From the human T2T-CHM13v2.0 reference genome, Homo sapiens, in the NCBI RefSeq assembly GCF_009914755.1, contig NC_060939.1: a DNA stretch of 64,000 bases; one strand, 5' to 3'. Below are positions 44,411-58,445 of this stretch, in pieces. How positions within the stretch are numbered: position 1 is the first letter of the stretch; the number at the start of each line of letters is the position of its first letter. The notes beneath the pieces are model-generated. The model did no database searches. It was not told the DNA's origin and saw only the letters and a list, made by a program, of their open reading frames with translations. The position numbers and the translations under genes were made by a program.

Positions 44411-45513
44411 TAGCTTTATCTTTAGATTCTTCTTTTTCACACCCTAATTTCTTGTACTGTTAGTTACTCACATATACTGCCACCTTGGGGCTTTTAGAAC
44501 ATGAGTACATTTTCAAAGCCTCACATTAACATGGGGAAGGTTTTGCTTCAACGAGCTATACCAGAATATCATAATAATTATGACAGAAATAAGGTATTAT
44601 AATGCATTTGTAAGCTATTGCTGGATTTGTGGGGCCAGTGAGGATCCTGTTGTCAAGAGCTTAATTATTCTAAGCCACCTGGGGACCAGGTAGCTTTCTT
44701 AGAATAAAATACATAACATTCACAATCATGACTCTCATTTCTGTCCCTTTCTAATATTAATATGGCATTTAATTATACTGTTAGATTTAAAGAAAATTCA
44801 AAAATTTCAGTAGCTTCATTCAGAAATGCTAATACATTTTTAGAACAACTAGATAACTTTTCCTAAAATTATGTTTACCTGTGTGAACTGTTGATTTATG
44901 GTAAAATTAAACTTTAACCAAAACAAGACCTGTGAATGTCTGAATTCAGTTCGCAGTCTAGTAACCTGTTATAAGTTAAAATCTTCTGGGGAAGGGGAGT
45001 ATTCAGCTTCTGAAATATAATATTTATATATCTGTTCTAAGATACCCTGTGACATATCAGAGCACAGCCTTTGGAGTCAGACTGAAAAACTGGAGTTAAA
45101 ATACCATTCTTAATACTAGATATGTGAACCATCAAATAATCATGTGGCTTCAGGTAAATTACTTAACATCACAATGCCTTAGTTTCATCATCTGTAAGTA
45201 GGGAATGCACAAAATTTTTTTATCAGATTTAAGTTCTCGTCTTGGCTTTGTTCCTGTTCTTTTCCTTTAGTAAATCTTTTTGTGGGTCCTTATGCCTTAG
45301 TCTTTTCATCTATGAAATTCAAATAATATAATTTACTATAGGAATACATTGGAGATACTGCAGATTCAGTTCCAGACCACCATAATGTGAATATCACAAT
45401 AAAGTGACTCACACACATTTTTTGGTTTCCCAGTGCTTATAAAAGTTATGTTTATTCTGTACTGTAGTCTGTTAAGTGTAGAATAGCATTATGTCTAAAA
45501 AATATACATACCT

Positions 45514-45817
45514 GGCTGGGTGCAGTGACTCACAGCTGTAATCCCAGCACTTTGGGAGGCCAAGGTGGGGAGGATCACTTGAGGTCAGGAGTTCAAGATC
45601 AGCCTGGCCAACGTGGTGAAACCCTTTCTCTACTAAAAATGCAAAAATTAGCCAGGCATGGTGGCATATGCCTGTAATCCCAGCTACTCAGGAGGCTGAG
45701 GCACAAGAATCGCTTGAACCCCGGAGTTAGAGGTTTCAGTGAGCCGAGATCACATCACTGCACTCCAGCCTGGGAGACAGAGCAAGACTCTGTCTCAAAA
45801 AAAAAAAAAAAAAAAAA
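45514..45817 (+). mobile_element. AluS inserted in Tigger1
   Basis: Full dimer with TSD ending tacatacct. Confidence 0.95.
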
Positions 45818-46182
45818 GTACATACCTTAATTTAAAAATACTTCATTGCTTAAAAATTGTTAGAGATTATCTGAGCCTTTAGCAAGTCATAATCTTTTTA
45901 CTGGTGGAGGGTCTTCCCTTGATGTTGATGGCTGCTAAATGCTCAGGGTGGTGGTTGCTGAAGATTGTGGTAGTGGTGGGAATTTCTTAAAATAAGACAA
46001 CGATGAAGTTTGCCACATAGAATGAGTCTTCCTTTCATGAAAGATTTATCTGTATCATTCCATGCCATTTGATAGCATTTTATCCACAATAGAACTTCTT
46101 TCAAAATTGGAGTCAATCCTCCCAAACCCTGCTGTTGCTTTATTGACTAAGTTTATGTGATATTCCAAATCCTTTGTTGTCA

Positions 46183-46492
<310 letters not shown>

Positions 46493-46899
46493 AGTCGTTT
46501 CAACAATGTTCATGGCATCTTCACCGGGTGTAGATTCCATCTCAAGAAACCACTTTCTTTGCTCATGCATGAGATTGCAGCAATTCAGCCCCCTCTTCAG
46601 ACTCTACTTCTAATTCTGGTTCTCTTGCTGTTTTCACCACATCTGTAGTTACTTCCTCCACTGAAGTTTTGAACCCCTCAAAGTCATCCATGAAGGTGGG
46701 AATCAACTTACAAACTCTGTTCATGTTGATATTTTGACCTCCTCCCATGAGTCATGAATATTCTTAATGGCATCTAGAATGGTGGATCCTTTCCAGCAGG
46801 TTTTCAATTTATTTTACCTAGATCCATCAGAGGAATCACCATCTATGGCCAGCTATAGTGTTACAAAATGTATTTATTAAATACTAAGACCTGAAAGTT

Positions 46900-47251
<352 letters not shown>

Positions 47252-49059
47252 TTAGCAGGCATGGATACAGCATTAATCTCGTTGTACATCTCCATCAGAG
47301 CTCTTGGGTGACCAGCTGCATGTCAATGGGCAGTAACATTTTGAAGGGAATCTTTTTTTCTGAGCAGTAGGTCTCAACAGTGGGCTTCAGATATTCAGTA
47401 AACCATGTCGTAAACAGATGTGCTGTCATCCAGGCTTTGTTGTTCCATTTATAGAGTGCAGGAAGAGTAGATTTAGCATAATTCTTAAGGGCTCTAGTAT
47501 TTTCAGAATTATAAAGGAGCATTGGCCTCAACTTAAAGTCACCAGTTGCATTAGCCCCTAACGAGAGTCAGCTGGTGCTTTGAAGCCAGGCATTGACTTC
47601 TCTCTAGCTATGAAAGTCCTAGATGGCATCTTCTTCTAATAGAAGACTGCTTTGTCTACATTGAAAATCTGTTTAGTGTGGCTGCTTTCATCAATGATCT
47701 TAGCTAGAGCTTCTGAATAACTTGCTGTAGCTTCTACATCAGCACTTGCTGCTTTACCTTGTACCTGATAAACCAGCCTCTGCTAGCTTCCAACTTTTCT
47801 TCTGCAGCTTCCTCACCTCTCTCAGCCTTCATAAAATTGAAGAGGGTTAGGGCTTTGCTGTGGATTATTAGGCTTTGGCTTCAGGGAATATTGTGGCTGG
47901 TTTGACCTTAAGACCGCCAGAATTTTCTCCATTATCAGCAATAAGGCTGTTTCACTTTCTTTTCATTCATGTGTTCACTGGAATAGCAATTTTAACTTCC
48001 ATCAAGAACTTTTCCATTGCTATCACAGCTTGGCTTTTTGGCACAAGAGGTCTAGCTTTTAGCCTATTTTGGCTTTAGACATGCCCTCCTCACTGAGCTT
48101 AATCATTTCTAGCTTTTGTTTTAAAGTGAGAGACATGTGGCTCTTCCTTTCACTTGAATAGTTACTGGTCATTGTAGAGTTATTAATTGGCCTAATGTCC
48201 ATATTGGTGTGTCTCAGAAAATAGCAAGGCCCAAGGAGAAGGTCAGAAACAGGCAATCGGGGAACAGCTGGTCATTGGAGCAGTCAGAAAACACAAAACA
48301 TTTATCAATAAAGGTTGCCATTTTATATGAGTACAGTTAATAGTACCCCAAAACAATTAAAATAGCAACATTGAAGATCACTGATCACAGATCACCATAA
48401 CAGATATAATTATGAGAAAATATTAGAAATACTGTGAGAATTCAGTAACATAGAGCATGTCCATATATATACCCGCTACTCAGTTTCCTTGGGATTTTTT
48501 TCCTAGAAATACAATCTTATTTGAAGTATTATGAGCACTTGTATCACAGATCATTTCAATTTTGTTACTAAAAAATAAAAGGGACTTGCAAAATTTCCTT
48601 CCTGTTTTGCCTTATTGTGAGTAGCTACCAGAGAATTCTACTTGTTTATATTACTGGAAGGATCCTAACAACCAAAAATATTAGGCAGTTCTCCTTTGAG
48701 TTACATCTATCACTGGATATTTAACAATTTGACTGTATAATTTAAATCTTGGTCTATTAAGCAGTAAACAGATGGAACATTACTAACAGCAGTAATTAAA
48801 TTATAAATCTGTTTTAAAATCGGCCAATATACAGCATCACAGTCCGTATTCTGTTATGTCAGTTATGTTCGTTTTTATTTGGATTACAATTTCTGAATAC
48901 CCAAATATTGGAAAGAAAACAAAGTTGTCTGGTTCAAATGTCTGTTTTTTATCTTTTTAATTATATAGGCCAAGTGCTTGCTTGCTTGCTTGCTTCCTTT
49001 CAAGAAAGGAAGGAAAGGAGGGAGCAACGGAGAGGAAAGAATATTTAACAATGTTCATT

Positions 49060-49715
49060 TATTCAACAAACCGTTAATGAATGTCTACTCTGAGCTAGGC
49101 ACAGTTTTTTTTTGCCCCCTCACTCTGTCGCCCAGGCTGGAGTGCAATGGCGATCTCAGCTCACGGCAATTCTCCTGCCTCAGCCTCCCAAGTAGCTGGG
49201 ACAACAGGTGCGCACCACCACGCCCAGCTAATTTTTTGTATTTTTAGTACAGATGGGATTTCACCATGTTGACCAGGCTGGTCTCAAACTCCTGACCTTG
49301 TCAAGTGATCCTCCCACCTTGGCCTCCCAAAGTGCTGGGATTACAGGCATGAGCCAAGCTAGGTGCATTTCTAAGTATTGGGGATACAACAGTGGCCAGG
49401 AGAAGCAAAACCCCAGCCCTCATGGAATTTGCATTCTAGTGGATTGGGGATGAATAATTTAAATGTATAATATGTCAAATGGTGATAAATGCTATGAAGA
49501 AAAATAAAACTGAGTAAGGACCTAGAGAATGATGGGGTGAGAACTGGTATTTTAGATAAGGTGGCCAGGGAAGCCCTTTCTAATACATTGGCATTTAAGC
49601 AGTGACCTGAATGAAGTGAGAGAGCCATCCAAATGGATATCTGGGGAAATAGAGTGCTAGGCATGGGGAATGACAAGTGCAAATACCCTGACTTGGGAGC
49701 ATGCTTAACTGTCAA
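49060..49715 (-). mobile_element. L2 3' fragment
   Basis: Ends in ttcatttattcaacaaa, with typical L2 3' motifs. Confidence 0.75.
49105..49356 (-). mobile_element. AluS with internal deletions, inserted in L2
   Basis: Alu body lacking part of the right arm, with agctagg on both flanks. Confidence 0.88.
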
Positions 49716-50988
49716 TCTTCAATTCATTCTACCTGGAAGCTTTTCTTAACACCTTAAAAGGTTAAGGTGTTTTATAGCATAGTCTACATAACTTTTTTTT
49801 TACAGTTCTTAAATCTTAGCATTATTATTTTTTCTGCCTGCGAATCTGTCCTTTAGAGACATGGATAATGCCTTACCTGCCACATAGTAGCTGCTGAACA
49901 AATATTGATCAAAACAATCAGTGAGTTTGATTATTTGTTGAGCAATTACTATTTCATCTACTTACTCAGTATCAATAAATTATTTTTTAATTAAGAGTAA
50001 GCATTCTTCTCAATCAAGGAATTATAGGAAACATAAATAGATGTGTAAGTAGATAAGAGAAATAATAAGCAGGGAAACTTTGGCCTACATTATTCGAGGG
50101 AAAAAAAGCCAATAACAATGTAAGTGAATATTTAAAAAACCTATTGAAAGGTTGTTCTTTACTGAAATACAACCTTCATATTTTGAAAGCTCATGATGCT
50201 ATCCATAGTTCCTGATATTTAGTGAATTACTCTAATAGTTACTTGAAGTAACTAGGAAAATAAATCTGAAAAGTAAAGTATCACAGAAAAGATGTTTGAA
50301 TTGCAAATCACTTTAGAATAGAACAATTTGCTTTCCAAAAAAAACCCTAAGAGTTATGTTTTACTTTCCCTAATTTTTAACTATTTCTACAAAGAAGTTT
50401 TTCCACAGTTTCTTTATGATGCTTACTGCATGACATTTTCTGTTTTAGATCTCCAGCGTTATAAGACCTGATTTTTATTGGATTATATTTCTAATGAAAT
50501 AAATCTTTAGGGTCAGCAGTAGGTGAGGTTTCAAGATTTTTTTTTAATTTATGAGTTTTTCATTTGTTTGTTTTACCTAAAGCATCAATCTATTTTGTAG
50601 ATGTGGCAAAAGCTTCAAAATAAATAGGAAGCCTCTCACCACTCAAAGTTACCATCATTTATACCTAGCAGAATGTCAGTGCAATCTACTTCTTGAAATT
50701 TCAGAGTGTCTGTGTCAGTTTTCTATAATTTGGCAACATTATAATGAAATTACTGAGTTTCTCTTTAGATGAGCCTATTTTTTAGTTAATACTGTATGTC
50801 AACACTCAGAGATTTCCTTCTCTTCATCCTCCTTCGATCTCTCTTACCATCCCCGCCCCTCTGAAAAAAACCCGTGCCCATTTGAAAGCTAAATTTTTCT
50901 ACAAATTTTTAACTGACTTACATTTTTTTCTTTCAATATTTTAACAAAGTTAACCTTCCCCTTCTTAGTTTTTCATTATTTTTTTTTA

Positions 50989-51257
50989 AGAGACAGGATC
51001 TCGCTGTGTTGCCCAGGCTGGAATACAGTGGCTCTTCACAGGCGCAATCCCACTACTGATCATCACACTCCATTTCCAGCCTGGGCTGGTTCATCCCTCC
51101 TTAGGCAACTTGGTGGTTCTCTACTCCCGGGAGGTCATCATACTGATGGCAAACTTAATGTGGACACCCGATCGGCATAGCACCCTATAGCCCAGAACTC
51201 CTGGGCTCAAGTGATCCTACCCCAGTCCCAAGTAGCTGGGACTGCAAGCACATGCCA
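50989..51257 (-). pseudogene. 7SL (SRP) RNA retropseudogene
   Basis: The reverse complement aligns to 7SL including the S domain, which Alus lack (CTATGCCGATCGGGTGTCCAC..AAGTT, GTTGCCTAAGGAGGG, GATCAGTAGTGGGAT). T-rich tail at about 50979-50987. Confidence 0.92.
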
Positions 51258-52663
51258 TTTTTTATAGTTAAAAAAAAAAAAAAAAAACAGCGTGGTCATG
51301 GAAAATTAGAAAATAAAGACCTATATATGCATTGTTTACTTAAAATAAGATAATACTAAATGTGCTGTTCTGTAACCTATATTTTTCAGTTAACAGTCTT
51401 CATTTCAGTATCTTTCCATTTTATCAAGTCCATTGTTGAATTTCCCAGTCCAGAACCAAGTTTCACATCTGGTTGTTATGTCCCTAAGTCTCTTAAAAAA
51501 ACACACACAAAACAGCCCCCTCCTTTTTTATTTTCATATCACTTATTGAGTTGAGGAGACAGGACCAGCTGTCCTGCAGGATGTCTCACCTTCTAGAAGT
51601 GTCTGGTTGCTTCCTCCTTTAACTTGTTCCTCTATCCCTTGTATTTCCTGTTAACCAGAGATTAAATTTTATGTCCTGAGAGATCCAAGTGAAACATTTT
51701 GGGCTGGAATGTATGGTAAGTGATATATTTTTTATTATGACTTATCAGGAGACAGCTTCTGGATGGGTCACAATTAAGGAGACTAAAGTTGACCACTGAA
51801 TTAGGGTATGACTATCTGATCTTTTCACTGTCAAGTTTAATCTTTTTCTTCTTTCAACTAGAAAATAACATATTTGGTGTTACTTTGCACAGTATGAATC
51901 TCTAGGTCATGGCAAACGTATACCTGCATTTAACACTTGCCTGAATCTGTAATATCATGAGGGATTACATAATGCTAATTTTCTTATTTTTTAAAAAAAT
52001 TTACTTCTTATTATTAGATAGGCTTTTGCACAACAGAGTATTTTATTTACTAGGGTTTTTGATTTGTTCTGAAATATGGCTGCTCCTACAAAGACAAGTA
52101 AATAATTTTTTTCACTCAGTTGCCAATTTTTGTCAGCTTAGAAGATTAGGTAAGTTTTTTGCTGGCTTTCTCCTTTTTAAATATTATTGCAGATTCGTGG
52201 ATTTTTATTGCTTCGTTGTGTTTCAGTCTACTTCACTCATAATTCTTACAAATTTGACTAATAGGAAAGAGGACCTTTTAGACTGATTCCTGTGTCTTTT
52301 TGCCATGATGTTATATATTTATGGAAATGTTTAAACAAAAGTATATAGTGAGTGGTATACTGAACTTCCAATATATCTGTCACTCTCAGTTTTAGCAATT
52401 AGCAATAATTTTCTAATTTTATCTGTCTCCTGCTGCTTTTTTGACACCCTTGATTTTTATTTCATTGGTAGTGGAAAGTTTGTTTTCTGGTGTGGCAAGG
52501 TGTCCCATCCCTAGACCTGGAATTACTCATTTCTTTAAGAAGCCCTGATTGTCTTTAGTAACGAATGGCATCAGACAATAAAACCTGGACATAAGGATTA
52601 TTGGAAGTTTTTAAATTTGATTTTTCTTTATTTTCCCATCGTGTGCTTCAACATATTGGTAGC

Positions 52664-53070
52664 TGTGTTAGTTTGTTCTTGCATTGCTGTAAAGGAATAC
52701 CTGAGACTGGGTAATTTATTTTTAAAAAAAAAGAGGCTTAAAATTGGCTCACAATTCTGCAGGCTATACAAACATGGTGCCAGCATCCACTCAGCTTCTG
52801 GGGAGGCCTCAGGGAGCTTTTACTCATGGCAGAAGGCAAAGCTGGAGCAAGCAGGTCACATGGCCAGGGCAGGAGCCAAGGGAGTGTGGGCAATGCTTTT
52901 AAGCAATCAGATCTCACGCAAACTCATTCATCATCAAGGGGATGGCGCTAAGCCATTCAAGAGGGATGCACCCCCATGATCCAAACACCTCCCCCTAGAC
53001 CCCACCTCCAACACTGAACATTACATTTCAACATGAGATTTGGGTGGGGACAAATGCCCAAACTATATCA
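52664..53070 (-). mobile_element. MST (MSTA/B-like) MaLR solo LTR
   Basis: TG...CA ends, typical MST body, and 5-bp TSD GTAGC at 52659-52663 and 53071-53075. Confidence 0.88.
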
Positions 53071-54854
53071 GTAGCCTTGTTCCATAAGCAGGGTTGCAGG
53101 CATGCGAGTAGTGGAGGAAGGGCACTTCTCAAAGATAGGATAAAAAGCTTTATATTTCTATATTAGTTGGTCAAAATGTAAGGCGTAGCTGACAGATTAC
53201 TCAGCTGTTGACATGTAAGTGCTTTTAATGAAGGATTTAAAAAAAAAAATAAACACCATTTAGTGTTATCAGTTTGCCCCCACTGCAATATAAGGAAATC
53301 CTCAATTTATATGACTTCTTAAGTTTTGTTTGTTACACACTTTGGTTTCTCATAGTAATAATGCAGATGATGAATTATTCTCAGTTAATAGGGTTAAAAA
53401 TGTATTATTGGGTTTCCACTTCTTAAAATCTGTATTCACCTCCTTTCCCTTCTGATGCCCCAGCAAAATAAAATGTTTAAAAATGAGAAATGAAGAAGCC
53501 AGTAACAGTAAATAGGAGGACTACCCAAGGATGATAGTTGAACAGATTTCCAGATCTCTAGTTGAGTACCAGTAGGCCCAACTATACCCTCTTCTCCCCT
53601 CCTCATACCTCTTTCACCCCTACACTTGAATACAGATAGCTGGCAAGAATCCCAGGCAAACACTAGGCAGATTTTCTTTACAGAGCATGAGAAAGACGAA
53701 GGCTTCTAAAGTGTGTGCTGTGTTCGTGTAACAAAAGAGAAAACACCATCTTCTTTCTGGCATTTGAAAGGTCTGCTGGCTCCCCACCCACTCACCCTGT
53801 GGGAACACTGCCAGTCAGCTTATGTCCAGCCCACACAGAGCTCCCTCTTTTTATCCCCTCCAGGGGAACAATCTAGCCAAAATCAGACTATCTTCAAAAT
53901 AACACAGGAAATCTATGTTGGCTAATGAGTCATTCTCCCTTAAATGTGAATGAGTAACCGAAGATCACCAGGCATGGTGGGAAAAACTAATGGCATGAAA
54001 GACTAAATAACCAGGAAAATGGCCAGTGGAAAAAGTAAAACTAATAAGAAAGAACTTTATTTTAAAAAAAGAAGAATAAATCATCTAATATATTCAGAGA
54101 TCCAAGAAGATACTACATCTATTAAACAAGAATAGGAGGACACAAGTTTTTAGATTGAAAGGGCACACCAAGCACTGAAATAGAGAATCAAACATGGTAC
54201 TGTGACACATCTCAAAACTGCAGAATTCCTAGGATAAACAAAGATCCCGGAAGAAATCACACACATAGTAACAAGTAACAGACTGAAATCAAACCCCTTA
54301 TGAATAACTTTTAATGATTTAAGACAGTAAAGTATTGCCTACAACATTTTAGAAAGAAAATAATATGCAACCATGGATTCTACAACCTGCCAAACTATTA
54401 ATCAAGGGTGAGAGCAGAATACAGTTGTTTTCAGACACTGAAGGGTGCAAAGTTTGCCTTCCATTGGAAGTAAAAGAAATGAATGAATTACACATTCACC
54501 ATCAACTTCTTGAGAAACGGAAGTTTAGCATTTGATTTTTTTTAATATATCATTGCTGCCAAAAGGGTTGAGGGGAAAATGAGAAGGGGGGATTAAAAAC
54601 GATAAAATTAGTTGTTGATTCACACCATACAATAAATTACAGAGCTCCTGTGGCAAACGGCAGTTAAACTACTCCCTTTACTCTCAGCAGGCTGAAATGT
54701 ATCATACATTATATGTATAACTATCCATAATTTCCCATGTTTCCCAATCATCCCAGCAAAAAGTAACCCAGGACTACTTGCATTGCAATCACAACAGGCT
54801 CATACACCATATGGCCAGAAGAAGCAACAGCATCACATTTTCCTCCCATCAGGA

Positions 54855-55630
54855 CTGGAATGACATGATCTGACTTAAATTTAAGAGCATCATTCTGACT
54901 GCTGTGTTAAGAATAGACTTGAGGGTGGAGTAGTAGGGTAAGCGTAGAAGGAGAGAGACCAGTTTGAATATAACTGCTGTGTTCCAGGTGAAAGATGACA
55001 GTGATTCTGACAGGGTAGTAACAATGTAGTTGGTGAAAAGAGGTCAGATTCTGGGTATAATTTGAAGGTAGAACCAACAGAATTTCCTGACTTATGGGAT
55101 ATTGAGTGAATAAGAAAGGGTCAAGATTTTTAGTCTGAGCAGTAGGAAGGGTGGAACAGATTGAGGAAAAGATTGGGAGTTAAGTTTTGGATGTTATTTC
55201 AGAAATCTATTTGACCTCCAAATAAAGATATATGTATTGGATATACGTATCTGCAGCTCTGAAGAAAGACCTGGCCTGGCGAGAGAATTTGGGGATAGTC
55301 AGCCTTGTATTTAAAGGCATGAGGTTGGGTGAGATCAAAGTGAATAGACTGAATAGAGATAAAGAAGTTCAAAAGACTGGGGCCCTAAGGTACTCTAACA
55401 TTTAAGAATTAGGGAGATGAAAAGGAAGACTCAAAGAAGAGAAGAACAGCCAGTGGGATTTTAGGAGAACCAAAAGAGAATGGTGCCCTAGAAACCATGG
55501 GAAGAAAATGTTTCAAGAAGGAAAGAGCCATTGACTATTTTATGCTGTTAGGAGGTCAAGTAGGATGAGCACTAAAAATTCATTGTTGGATTTAGCAACA
55601 TGGATGTTGGTGTTTACCTTGAAAAGGTCT
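54855..55630 (-). mobile_element. L2 fragment
   Basis: gacatgatctgacttaaattt and ggatttagcaacatgga L2 motifs. Confidence 0.75.
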
Positions 55631-55720
55631 ACTGTGTTTTTTCAGACAGCTACTAAGGTGTTAGGACATAAATACTTGTACATAAGTAGTTATTTGGCCC
55701 TAACTATTTAATAAATGCTA

Positions 55721-55949
55721 CATGTTGAGCATCCCAAGTTCAGAAATCGAAAATACAAAATGCTTCAAAATCAAGAACTTTTTAAGCATCAACGTGATGC
55801 TCTAAAGAAATACTCAGTGAAGCGTTTCAGATTTTAGATCTGGGGTGCTGAACTGTTAAGTGTAATGCAGATATTCCCAAATCTGAGAAAAATCCAAAAT
55901 CCAAAACCCTTCTGGTCCCAAGCATTTTGGGTACAGCATACTCAAACTG
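55721..55949 (-). mobile_element. Tigger4a/MER46-type MITE
   Basis: TIRs catgttgagcatccc ... gcatactcaaactg, flanked by TA on both sides. Confidence 0.85.
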
Positions 55950-56270
55950 TATTAGGTATTTCTTTTGGCCTAGGGGGCATTGTGAAAAATTACTGAGATA
56001 CCAAGGGAGCCACAAACTAAGAAAGTTTGAACATCTCTGCTTTAGAAGCTTGAGCTAACTAAGGATTTCACCAAAAGGAGGAAGCACCTCTTACCTTTTT
56101 TTGTGCTGAAAAGTTTGAGTTTGCAATTTTAAATCTGATCCAAAATTGTCCTAATACAGTTGTTCAACATTAAAAAAAAAAAAAGCAAAGAAAACTTTAT
56201 CCTATGAAATGCCGGTAGTACATCTTTGCATGATTTTTTTTCTTCTTGCCTCCATAGGTATGGTCTGAAT

Positions 56271-56856
56271 ATGCGTTGCTTGGCAGCTCGGGTCAACTAT
56301 AAGACTTTGATTATTATCTGCGCACTCTTCACTTTGGTCACAGTACTTTTGTGGAATAAGTGTTCCAGTGACAAAGCAATCCAGTTTCCACGGCGTTCGA
56401 GTAGTGGCTTCAGAGTGGATGGGTTTGAAAAAAGAGCAGCAGCATCTGAGAGTAACAACTATATGAACCACGTGGCCAAACAACAGTCTGAGGAAGCATT
56501 CCCTCAGGAACAGCAGAAAGCACCCCCTGTTGTTGGGGGCTTCAATAGCAATGTGGGAAGTAAGGTGTTAGGGCTCAAATATGAAGAAATTGACTGTCTC
56601 ATAAATGATGAACACACAATTAAAGGGAGACGAGAGGGGAACGAAGTCTTTCTTCCATTCACTTGGGTTGAGAAATATTTTGATGTTTATGGAAAGGTGG
56701 TTCAGTATGATGGCTATGATCGGTTTGAATTCTCTCATAGCTATTCCAAAGTCTATGCACAGAGAGCCCCCTATCACCCCGATGGTGTGTTTATGTCTTT
56801 TGAAGGCTACAATGTGGAAGTCCGAGACAGAGTCAAGTGCATAAGTGGGGTTGAAG
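56271..56856 (+). CDS. GLCE: GLCE first coding exon (codons 1-195 + 1 nt): short cytoplasmic tail, type II TM helix, stem and start of the catalytic region
   Basis: The translation [31 protein letters not shown]...[11 protein letters not shown] matches the recalled N-terminus of D-glucuronyl C5-epimerase. Acceptor ttttttttcttcttgcctccatAG ends at 56257, so the exon starts at 56258 with 13 nt of UTR. Donor GAAG|GTTGGT follows 56856 (phase 1). Confidence 0.97.
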
Positions 56857-57815
56857 GTTGGTATCTGTCTGCTTCACTTGCATTTTTCAAGCATGATTGT
56901 GTTGAGGAATAAGAAAATGTTGTTAATTATACATCAAGTACATAGCTTACTGTCAAAAGACCTTTCATCACTCTAATTTAGCAGGGAGGAACAGGTTAAG
57001 CCTGAACCTAGGGCAACTTTCTAGATGCTATGACTTAAGGGCTGCCATAAGACCAAACCTGGGCAAACAGAATTATTTTATTAACGTAACTCAGAATCTA
57101 AAATTCTCACCAGTAAGGTAAAGGCATTGTTTCTCCAGAAGTTTGCGTTAAAATATATAGCTAGAATCCTGTGAGAGATGGGAAAGGGAGAGAGACCATC
57201 CAGTGGACCCATCAATGTACCAGTGTGGTCTGGTTACCTAATGAGTCAGGTGTCATCTCTGGAAGGAGGTTTCAAGTCTTCAGAACAAGACAATATGTAG
57301 ATGCTTTTTCTCTGGACTTATACTGAACTCCTAGTCTATTACATTTTTCATTGTCTTTAAAACCTGGGGCAGTAAGAGTTCCTTGTGGATACAATTAATA
57401 TGCTTTGGAATTTGCTTTTCAAACCAGAAAGCCAAATTGAATTTGACTTTAAAGTATATCACTTAAACAGAGGAAAGAGCTTAATATGTTTGAGATTTCT
57501 TGGTTTGGGTTTTACTTTCCTCATTTTGTTATAAAGTGATTTTAAGATCTTAATATTTTAAAATCTGTATTGAAGTAAGTTTTTAACTAACTAAATATAT
57601 ATTTTTTGCTCTGGAAAGAAGTTTGTGCTCACTTGGTGACCATGTGGATGTTTTCAGACTCCCACAGACCGAAGGATTATAGCCCACTCATGTCTGTGAA
57701 GTTAATGGTGTGTTTATTCATCCAGTTGGAAATTGGAATTTACATATCTGATGCAGGAGTTTTTTCCTTTGTTTTTACTACTTAGATAAATTTTTTATAA
57801 TATCATTTTCTCTTA

Positions 57816-58108
57816 TTTTGAGACAGAATCTCACTCTGTCACCCAGGCCTGGAGTGCAGTGATACTGTCATGGCTTACTGCAGTCTCGATCTCCCAGGCT
57901 CAAGTGATCCTCCCACCTCAGCCTCCCAACTAGCTGGGACTATAGGCATGCTCCACCATGCCCAGCTAATTTTTTAAAATTTATTTTTTGTAAAAACAGT
58001 GTCTCACTGTGTTGTCCAGGCTTGTGTGAAACTCCTGGACTCAAGCAGTCCTTCCACCTTAGCCTCCCAAAGTGCTGGAATCACAAACATGAGGCACTGT
58101 GCCTGGCC
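57816..58108 (-). mobile_element. AluJ
   Basis: Diverged dimer in the intron between the two coding exons. Confidence 0.9.
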
Positions 58109-58445
58109 AATATCCTTACCAAATGTTTAGAAGAGAGAAGTGACCAGATTCACCTATACTCTTACCACCTCAATATAATTATTATTATTTTTATATATTC
58201 TCTGGAGGCCTTTGTACTTAGACATATGTTTTAGCATAATCGTAATGATGTTTACTATACAGTGATTCAGGAGAGTAATAGAGATTTCAAAGATATTCAG
58301 AGTCAAACCTTTTTTTCAGCAGTTTTTTAAATGCATGAAATTAATAGGCGCCTAAATTCTAAAATAAAAAAGTAAAAAGTACCCATAACCACTATTAATA
58401 TTTTGACTTTTTTTCCCCATTCTTTTTGTTGTTGTAGAAATATAT

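Noticed and set aside
56226-56912. 228-aa ORF as a single-exon protein
   Set aside because: It starts in the intron's pyrimidine tract and reads through the donor at 56856. Only 56271-56856 is the real CDS, and I saw no canonical AATAAA just after the read-through stop.
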